Part shown: in pieces, positions 11,421-22,000 of the stretch | Position numbering within the stretch: position 1 is the first letter of the stretch | How the letters are laid out: every line of letters starts with the position of its first letter | DNA from: Macrostomum lignano | Taxonomy: Eukaryota | Assembly (NCBI GenBank): GCA_002269645.1 | Contig: NIVC01001322.1 | Coordinates: forward strand, 62,001 to 126,000 | Direction of reading: 5' to 3' | Length of the DNA: 64,000 bases | Position numbers and translations under genes: made by a program | Notes under the pieces: model-generated | The model's input: only the letters and a program-made list of their open reading frames with translations | Told to the model about the DNA's origin: nothing | Databases searched by the model: none

Positions 11421-12075
11421 ACACCGAATTCATATGTACGCCACATGCAGATATCAAACGTTTATCTAAAACGATAACGGTGTCATAGTTCTGCAGCATT
11501 GCATTACTCTATAGCAGCTGTGTCAGCTTGAACCCATTCTCAACACGGCCTGAACTGAGCAAAATCTCAGTACAAGATGTGCATCTGCAGCAGGCAATCG
11601 GCGTCGCCAGGCTATCATGGTTGGCTTAGCCTCGATCAAAAAAATGTCAGAGAAGAAAAAGCAGCAGAATTGGGAAAGCAACAAGAGCTAAAACTTTCTG
11701 AAAAGTTTTGCCGCAAGAAAAAGCCAGACTGACCTCTCGAGACATCTGGCACAGCCCATACAGCAAAGAGGCACAAGATCCAAGGATTAGGGAAATTCAG
11801 CCTCTATAGATAGGGCCGTGATTTCAGAAAACCAACAGCTTCAACTTCCGAAATAATCACGCCTGACTGGCGCATTGTGCAGACACTCGGTGCAAATAGA
11901 AAAGGGGGCTCGATAGAATTTATCAGCTAGCGGGATCACTGCTTCGATAAAGAGAGGTTCTGAAGCATCTATTGACTGTGAAGCAGGCCCACATCCTTTC
12001 AGCAATTATCGTGCGGCTGACAGCCCAGTCGGGATTCTAGTCTCTTCTAATCTAGCCTTGTCTAGTCCTATCGAT

Positions 12076-12437
<362 letters not shown>

Positions 12438-12694
12438 GTCGTAGGGCTTACTTCTGTCCTCCAACTATCCCACTAACTGCTACCAAGTTGTCGTAGGCGT
12501 ATTGGCTCTCTATAGAAATCTCAACTGCTGACACCAAGTTGTACTAGGGCTATTCCTTCTTACTAGTACTCTATATACTTCACCACCAAGTTGTAACAGG
12601 TCTTTAATAATTTCCTTATTAAATTTCTACTGCTGACACTAAATCTTGTCTTAATGTTTCTAACTGTTTCTTAGAATCTTATATATTTTCTGGG

Positions 12695-12885
12695 TAGCGT
12701 TCTTAGTAGTGTTCTGGTAGCGTTCTTAGCATATGGTCTGGTAGTGTTCTTAGCATATGGTCTGGTAGCGTTCTTAGCATATGGTCTGGTAGCGTTCTTA
12801 GCATATGGTCTGGTAGCGTTCTTAGCATATGGTCTGGTAGCGTTCTTAGTATATGGTCTGGTAGCGTTCTTAGTATATGGCCTGA
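12695..12885. repeat. 24-bp minisatellite (TTCTTAGCATATGGTCTGGTAGCG)n, ~7 copies
   Basis: Directly visible; gives the FLAYGLVA periodic ORF. Confidence 0.93.
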
Positions 12886-13755
12886 GCGGTCTTACTGGTA
12901 TATGTACTTTCTCTCTCTTTCTCCAGTCTGGGCGTTACCGAGATTAGAGGGTCACAGCGATTACTCTTAGTATTAATTCTCTTTGCATGAATTCCCAATT
13001 CTGACTTTCAATACTTCTTAGAATAAAATGAGCAATGATCTGAGAATAGTTTATCGAACACGTTTTGAGCTTATAGCTAGCGAACGAGTTATCTTTTCCT
13101 TCCTACAATTCTCTTCTTTTTATACTAGTTGATCGCGAGTATTTTTAATTTATCTATCTATGTATCTGTTCTGTGTCTCAGTGTGTCTAGGAAACCTATC
13201 TAGAGAGACAAATCCCTTTTCAAAATCCTGTGGTTTACTTTTTTGATGCCTTACACCGCTAGGCCAGGATTGGCTGGGTCTCGCACAGAAATCCTGAAAC
13301 ATCAAGCTATGCATATAAGACTTCTTCCAACCCCGGCTGAAACAAAGCTTATTCTCGCCAGAAGTTTAAGCATAATCAGCAGTCTGCAATTCCAACTCCA
13401 AAATGCATTGCAGCTCTTCTGTTTGTATTGCTCTGCTCGCCATTTTCCTAGCCGAAGTCGCCTCCTTGGTTTCTGGCAGCAAGTGGGATTTTCATGCCTG
13501 TGAGTGACATTTAAAATAAAACAAATCTGCTATTTATAGTTTTACACCTTGTGCTCACAACTTCCATCCAAAAAATATTGAATTTTCGTCGGCTTCTGGC
13601 ATAAATCAATGAAAATATTGAATATCTGTGAGTAGTCTTCGAGTGCTTTCCAAGACCTGTCAACACAGTTGCGTCAACACTGGCAGGAAAATTGACCTGT
13701 TTGTTGTCTTGCTCAAACTTGTTTTTGGGTCGATAATAATAATAGTAATAGTAAG

Positions 13756-13978
13756 AATTGATTACAACTTCCCTAACGAGCAGATGTGCAATCTGAAGGC
13801 TGCGTACGGCTGTTCAGTCCAAGGACTGGGGGGTCGCCACACACATCCTCAATTACCCCCGCTAATGCTGGCACCCATTTTACAGCCGGGTGAACTGAAG
13901 CAATGCTGAGTTAAGTGTCTTGCTCAAGGAATCGAACCCCCGAGGTTTCCGTCGTAAGCCCGACGCTCTGACACCCTT
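13756..13978 (-). mobile_element. SINE type A (CORE-like family) with internal deletions
   Basis: Reverse complement matches the 23026 copy (GGTTCGATTCC, CAAGACACTTAA, CAGTTCACCCGGCTGTAAAATGGGTGCC). Confidence 0.88.
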
Positions 13979-14039
13979 GGTTTGGTTTGATTCTTTACCT
14001 AGCTATTAGTCTATCTTTCTGATTTCCAATTGCACGCAT

Positions 14040-14135
14040 GCACCCTCCAACGGCATAAGGGAATAGAAGAGAATGATGCGGCGGATTTGGCCAGAAGGCA
14101 CCGCGGCGGCTGCAGGAGAGCACTATTAGAAGTTG
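14040..14135 (+). pseudogene. Possible RNase H fragment of a decayed non-LTR retrotransposon
   Basis: Translates as QRHKGIEENDAADLARR, resembling the H-x-G-I-x-G-N-E-x-A-D-x-L-A motif. Short and degraded. Confidence 0.3.
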
Positions 14136-14446
14136 TTAGACGAATTCCCTAGAGGGGAAACTGGGACGCAAGTCAGTGAAGACTAGAATTCAAGCAGAGA
14201 AGACTAATCACAGTCAGTGTTATCTGAAAATAATGCTCTTAAATTTTTAACGAGTTTGCAGCGACTCGAGAGTCGTGTTCAGCTGCCATCATGATCAGTA
14301 GCTCCTGCATCTATCAGCTGATCAGTTGCTGGTCAGTTGAGCTTTCTCACATTTCAGTGGGCTGTTAAAAATAGGCGCAATCTGAGACAGGTGATTAATG
14401 GAGTTTTAAACAGCTAGAAAGACTGGCGCACAAACGTTAGTTTAGC

Positions 14447-14460
14447 GTTGCTATGACGAC
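14447..14460. promoter_or_regulatory. RFX X-box-like motif GTTGCTATGACGAC upstream of the iGluR gene
   Basis: One mismatch from GTTGCTATGACAAC. Confidence 0.3.
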
Positions 14461-15204
14461 AGAATTGCACAGCTCATAAGCTTTGGCTAAATTTTTATAT
14501 CGAATATTTTTAGTCAATCTTAATAAGACTTTCACAACGCCTAATTGCTTAAAGAATGGAAAACTACAAGTGCAAGCCTCCAACACTAAGATCAACTAGC
14601 CTGTAAAAATGGCCTTTTTGAGCAGCAGTAATTTAGTTGTAAATATTAGTTATGATATAGTGGCATGTCATATTAATTTGGTAAGGAGTTTGCAAATCAA
14701 TAGTGCCGCATCATGCTCCCATTACAGCGGCTTGCTTCAGCAATTTCGCAATTTTAGGCCTTCTAAATGACTGATTGGTTCATGATTTATATTGACTCGC
14801 TTTAAGATGCCAGCCATGGTTAGGTTAACAATTAATCTTAAGAAGTGCTTTTTCGCTTAACTCATCATGCTGACTTTGGCTATTTTGTGTGCCATTTTTA
14901 TAGGGAAATAATGCTAATAACCCGCACAGGGAACCTGGTCACGCATCAGCCAGTGACTTCCAGCTTCGAGGCTGCTCTGCCGACAGATGAAGATGAAGCT
15001 GCAAGTTTAAGTGAGTTCGAATTTTTTTAGCATCTAAATAAAAATTGCACCAACAAGTTTTTACGCTTTCTGAACTTTGGAAACCTGTCAAAGATCTACT
15101 TTTTGCTATAACATTTGAAAAAAACACTGTTTGAAAAATCGACACCAATTCGTGCAAATAATGTGTAACCGATACTTTATAAGTCCTCATATACCATAAA
15201 CTTC

Positions 15205-15830
15205 ATAAACCCTAAACTTCATTAGCCCGAAACTTCATGACCCCAAAACTTCATGAACTCGAAACTTCATGACCCCAAAACTTCATGAACCCGAAACTTC
15301 ATGACCCCAAAACTTCATGCACCCGAAACTTCATTAGCCCGAAACTTCATGAACCCAAAACTTCATGAACCCGAAACTTCATGACCCCAAAGCTTTATGA
15401 AATTGAAACTTCATGACCCCAAAACTTTATGAAATTGAAACTTCATAAACCCAAAACTTCATTAGCCCGAAACATCAAGAACCCGAAACTTCATGAACCC
15501 AAAACTTCATGAACCCGAAACTTCATCAGCCCAAAACTTCATAAACCTGAAGCCGAAACTTCAAACCGTGCACCCACCCAAGTTCATAAACTTCATGCAC
15601 CCAAAACTTCATGAATTCAAAACTTCATGAATTCAAAACTTCATGAACCCGAAACTTCATGACCCCAAAACTTCATGCACCCGAAACTTCATGGCCCCAA
15701 AACTTTATGAACTTGAAACTTTATAAACCCAAAACTTCATTAGCCCGAAACATCAAGAACCCAAAACTTCATTAGCCCGAAAATTCATGAACCTGAAACT
15801 TTTTGAACCCAAAAGTTTATGAACCAGAAG
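15205..15830. repeat. 16-17-bp degenerate minisatellite (AAACTTCATGAACCCG)n, ~38 copies
   Basis: Directly visible. Confidence 0.93.
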
Positions 15831-16086
15831 CTTCTTAAACTCTATTTTAAGGTTCTTCTTTAGCCAGTAATTTAATTTATTCAATTATAATTTCAAGTTA
15901 AACAAACTCGCGAACGTTCTGAGCGGCGTCGCTACGCTGCGCTGTTACGCTGGGCTGGGCTGGGGGACAAAGAAAAAATGAATTATTCCTCATATCTCTC
16001 TCATAGCTGCAACCTATTAAGCAGGTTCTTGCTAGGTTTGTATATTTGTGGATTTGTAACAAACACTCTAGTAGATAAAACAATTT

Positions 16087-19000
16087 TTGCGTTGCAAATA
16101 TTATAACGTTTCCAACTCAACGTCGAAAGTTTGCGCCACTCTGTCGAGAGTGTCCTCCAACTCTGGCGACGTCGGTATCATGGCATTGTCCGGCGACGAG
16201 TTCCACCCGGGTTTGAACAGAGTGTGCCGGCTGGCCCACCTGGCATGCCTGTACACCTCTGCCGGGCCTCAGCCTTTCGCGCCGGTGTGGAAGTCCAACG
16301 GCACTGTGGAGTTTTATCCGGACAGAAGTCTTGCCGGTTTGGCAATCAGCCAGTTCATGGAGTGGTCCGAATGGAGCTTGTTTAGCGTGCTCTACACCAG
16401 AGATACAGGTGAGAGGGGCTGTCGTAAAATTTACGTTGGGCCTACAAATCGGCTTCTCTCTCAGCCATGGACAGTGTGGTGGATCAGTGATTCTGTGTCT
16501 GCACTGGTGTGGCCTGACCTCAGCCATGGACAGTGTGGTGGATCAGTGATTCTGTGTCTGAACTGGTGTGGCCTGACCTCAGCCATGGACAGTGTGGTGG
16601 ATCAGTGATTCTGTGTCTGAACTGGTGTGGCCTGACCTCAGCCATGGACAGTGTGGTGGATCAGTGATTCTGTGTCTGCACTGGTGTGGCCTGACCTCAG
16701 CCATGGACAGTGTGGTGGATCAGTGATTCTGTGTCTGCACTGGTGTGGCCTGACCTCAGCCATGGACAGTGTGGTGGATCAGTGATTCTGTGTCTGCACT
16801 GGTGTGGCCTGACCTCAGCCATGGACAGTGTGGTGGATCAGTGATTCTGTGTCTGCACTGGTGTGGCCTGACCTCAGCCATGGACAGTGTGGTGGATCGG
16901 TGATTCTGTGTCTGCACTGGTGTACCCTGACCTCAGCCATGGACAGTGTGGTGGATCGGTGATTCTGTGTCTGCACTGGTGTGGCCTGACCTCAGCCATG
17001 GACAGTGTGGTGGATCAGTGATTCTGTGTCTGCACTGGTGTGGCCTGACCTCAGCCATGGACAGTGTGGTGGATCAGTGATTCTGTGTCTGCACTGGTGT
17101 GGCCTGACCTCAGCCATGGACAGTGTGGTGGATCAGTGATTCTGTGTCTGCACTGGTGTGGCCTGACCTCAGCCATGGACAGTGTGGTGGATCAGTGATT
17201 CTGTGTCTGCACTGGTGTGGCCTGACCTCAGCCATGGACAGTGTGGTGGATCAGTGATTCTGTGTCTGCACTGGTGTGGCCTGACCTCAGCCATGGACAG
17301 TGTGAGGGATCAGTGATTCTGTGTCTGCACTGGTGTGGCCTGACCTCAGCCATGTACATTGAGACAAGGAAACATATAATTGTGTCTGTCTATACCAGTG
17401 GTCCTAGTGGACAAGGCCAGTCGGTTTGGTTTTCTCAGCCATGTTCGCAACTATCGCTGCAGTGCAACAAAGCTGCTAATACTTTGAAAATTCCAGCATC
17501 TGAATAACAGAGGGTAGCTACAAACATTTTCACCAAGAAAAAGCTTACGACCCTTGACATTGACTAATAGACAAATATTTTACTGGGAATACGAAAGCAT
17601 AGACACTGCCTTCAGCGCGCAATTAGATTGATGAGAGGCAATCGAGGCGCGCACAACACGGATGACCGGATTCTTGGAAAACTTTTTGAAAAGTACACTC
17701 CAAATGAATTCGTATTCGTATTTAAAAACCAAATATTTGCTTGCTGTTCGAAAGCTACCTAATCTCTTTATGTTCGCTTTTTGAAATAATTATGGCTAAA
17801 ACTTTTTCATCAGACTCATTTAACTGCTTCAATTTGAACACACTTCGTGCCCCGATTCCCTAACAGACCTGGACAAGTACAGAGAAACTCTACTGTCCTC
17901 CAACTCGAAGATTCTATTCCGCAAGATTGACTTAGTCAACAGCAATGAAACATTTCTGGCATTGAAAAGTCTTCGTCAGGCGAACGTGTTCCATTTTGTG
18001 GTGGACATTCCGTCCGATCAGCTTCCCCGACTACTACAGCTGGTGAGGAAACAAAATTGAACCCGAAATTCAGCGCACAGAAACACGCGTCATAAAACAA
18101 CTTCGGCTACCTTAACCTGCAAATGGCTTTTTTCAGGCATCTTCCGCCGGAATAACAAGTGTCTCGTACAATTACCTGTACGTTGGCTGGGTAAGAGCTG
18201 CCGTGCAATACGTTTCGGCCGTATTTCACTCGGGTGTCCACAAGCCTGTCAAGCTTGCCCAACTGTACATGCTGCACCTAAATGATGGCCACGACCTGGC
18301 CTCACTCTGATCCTTTGCAGATAAGCCCCGCTCTGTACCACAGCGGCATTGCTGGCTATCTGTATGCCGGAGGCAATTTCAGCGCCCTGCAAGTGGGCGC
18401 TGTGACGGGCAGCCAGTTGGAGAATGAAGGCGTTCCGGTAAGCCCAGCGCTGGAATGACGGTGGCCGCTTCGCATTCCTCTGAACGCCCTCCAGTCAGTT
18501 TTTTTTAATTTTTCGCCGTTTAGCTTAGTGCAGCGTTACCGTCTTGCACTGAAAATGTTGAAAAGTAGTTCGGACAATAATGCAATTGTACAATGCCTTT
18601 TACGTCAATGCAGTGCAAGCTCAAGCCTCGTCAAGCTAAACGATGATCGTATTCTCAGTTACATGCGGCTTTTCTGTGAGCTGCTGGCGCAGATTAGCGT
18701 TCATTTCTTTTAGCGTGATGAGCGGATTCGCTTGGGTACAAGTACACGGGCCTGCATTTCTTCATCCCACTTGAATCGTTTGGCTCCATCCTTGGGCTTC
18801 TTTTCAACTCTCCCTGACCTCACAATCTTGTACGCTGTTCACCTCTTGACTCCAAGTTGGCGCGCCAGTTTCACAAAGTCATCCCCACGATCAGCAGCCT
18901 TGATGATACGGTCTCTGCCACTGTTGCTTACAATAGCGTACTGCCGAGGCTGCTGTTCCACGATATCTCCATCGAATTCTGCTTCAGCTTCATCGATTCC

Positions 19001-22000
19001 ATCTTCCTCCAGCAATTCATCGTCTTCTTCAATCTGATCTTCAGAATTCATGTCGATTCTTGGTGCGCAACGATTGTACAGTTATGCAGTAAAAACAAAA
19101 ATTAGATTAACTAATTTAACTTAGACGAAAGTTTTGCTACAGCCCAAGATGCAGTGGATGAGCAGAATCCTGCAGGGCGAGAACCAGGGCTGGTTTCGGC
19201 AGATGCTTCGCTTCATCCCGCGCTGCTTAAACGAGGAAGAAATTATCTGAAAATTGATAGGGTTTGATTTCAATCCGTCCAACACTGTTTTGAGAGACAT
19301 GATTGTTGTTATACTGCCATGGTTTTGCTTTTGTCTGTTTTATATTGGTTTCTCTGAAATCAAAGTGTTAACGTCACTCGTTTTTTGATATGCCATCTAT
19401 TTACAGACGTTATTTCAGTGAAGTTTTTCGTGAAGGATATACGAGCACTGCGAAAAGGATTAATTGCGCACCCATATTCTCAAATGGGCTGCTCCATAGA
19501 GCCCCTTTTGGACCATAGACAATTAGAAACAAGTCTTCAATAGATTGATTCTCTCGAAAGGGTTAAATTGCTTGCTCCTAGGCTGAATTAGCTTGGAAAA
19601 TGCTATATTAGTTCATGTATCTATGTGCAAAAATCTCAGTCGAAAAAGAATGTAACTTTGTTTCTTTTGAATTTCAAAGCTGCGCGTGCGCGTCACTCGG
19701 GGACAGTTTTGGCCACAGACAGTCTGAAGTGAACTTCGCTATCTGTTTCAATAGAAATTGACTTTGCTTGAGCTGAATTTCCTCAAGCGCTTTAGAATTT
19801 AGTGTTTGAATTGAAGGTCTGCTTGTTTCTATTAAACAATACTTTGTTCAAAATAGAAGGTAAAATGGTGTACAATTCAATTTGGAGGCTCTATAGTTAG
19901 TCCTCAAATCAAAATTAGGAATCTTTCAAAAGTTCTTTGAAATGTTTTCCACAATGTACTTTTCACTTTTTCAAGCTATGAAATTGCTAGCTTAATGCTC
20001 ATTGAGCGTGTCAACAATGAATTTCAACGAAGTGAAGTACTCATCAGATACATGTACTGCCATTCTCCCCAACAGCTCGCAGACCGACTGCGCCAGGAGG
20101 CCTCCTGGATGCTGGACTCGGCCTACGCCGCTGTCAGCAGAAATCGCAGCGATTCTGGGGCGCGAGTTGGGCCACTTCAGCTGGAGTTGGAACCGGCCAA
20201 GGGTTCATTGTGTAATGTATCGCGCCAATCGACTGGCACGTACCTGACTGCTCTCAAAGTAAGTAGCAGGCATTTAAAATGAAGGTGCGTTTGATGAGTT
20301 GGCTAAATAGCAGTAAAACATTTTGATTTTACACTTTTCAGAACAAGATATCCAAGTCGATCGGTATCGTTAAAGTGCCGGAAGGTCTGGATGTATACAA
20401 CTTCAGTTTTGATGTGTTTCATCTGTACACAACAAAAATGCAAAAGGTATGCAATTAGGCCATGATCAGGATAGGATAGGGATAAGCTAGGAAGTGGCCC
20501 AGGAACTGGGAATCTGGGAGGATGGCGTACTGTGGTCTTTTCGATCCTCCCAGCAACAGGGGATCTGCTGCTTTTTCTCCTCAGTCGTGTACATGTAGTC
20601 CATTCGTGCTATCAACCGTTCTCAGTTCGCCATCTGGACTGCGGATAACGGCTTCATACAAGTGCCCGGTGCCTATGAAAAGCACCTGGAAGAATTCGAT
20701 CAGTACCTGAAGAGGGTCAAACTGACTGTCTTGTCTGTGGAAGACCCGCCGTTTAGCATCTACAACGAAGAGGATCCGGAAGGCCGGCCAATCACTGGGA
20801 ACGATCGGTGGACCGGCTTCGCCGTTGAGCTGTTCAAAGAGATCGCCCGCCGGATGCGGCTGCGCTACTCGATTCGAAAAAGCATTGATGGAAAGTTTGG
20901 CTCCCCAGTTGACGGCACGAACAATCGCGAGTGGAGCGGCATGATCGGCGAGCTGATTAAGGGCACAGCGAACGTGGCAGTGGCTTCGCTAACCATCACC
21001 TACGACAGGGAAAAGGTGCGTCAAAGTCCTAAATAAAGGATATAATTAATGCATTAATGTTTTATTGACTCAAGAAGCTCTTCTGGCCCTGCCCATGTAG
21101 TTTTAGCTTTAGTTACTAATAAAACATCGGGTTTCTTTTTATGAAAGTGCAAAACTGACTATCTATATAATATACGCACCCTGCACATACTTCGCAGCTT
21201 CTCAGTCTCAGTAAACTTACACTCGTATAAAAAGCCTTTAAACCACTCGATGAAGTATAAAAAAATAATCTAGCTAATTAGAAAAGGATAGTTTTGTTTC
21301 CATAGAGGATTTGTCATAGACGATCTTGGCAAAAAAAAGTTGAAGATTTAAAGTTGAAAATTTATCCATTACTTGCCGTTCTCTGGTAGTTTGTGAAAAT
21401 TTCTCGAGAATCTTGGGAATCAATTTAAAACAAAGCATACAATTGGTGCATTTTCGATTCTGAAGTACAGAAAATGTAGTGAAATAGTGTTAACTTTATG
21501 CTAAATAACAAAACTTCGTATTCGCTGTCCCAGAAATTTTTTTAACTATTTTGAGGTCAATAATAATAATAATAACGATAATAATAATAATTGATAACAC
21601 CTGCACCAATTGGGCCAGATTTGCAAGGACTGGGGGTCGCCACACACATCCTCAATTACCTCAGTTAATGCTGGCACCCATTTTACAGCTGGGTGAACTG
21701 AAGCACTGCAGAGTTACGTGTCTTGCTCAAGGACACCAATTGTTCCTGTGAAATCGGGAATCGAACCCCGACCTTCAAGTCGCGAGTCTGACACTTTAAC
21801 CACTAGGCTACAACCCCTGTGCAGTGGACCTGCAATGCAAGACTTATGGACAGGCGGTTTGGGCTCAGGGGGTTGCAGTTTCAAACTTTGTTTACCGGAT
21901 CTGGTCTGTCTCTGTGGTTACCGGATCTGTCTGTCTTTGTGCTAAACTATTTTTAAATACGAGCTACACTATGTAAACAAGTTTAAATTAACAAATTAAC

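Noticed and set aside
16462-17353. CRISPR-like appearance of regular repeats here and elsewhere
   Set aside because: Units are contiguous with no unique spacers, there are no cas genes, and the context is eukaryotic introns.
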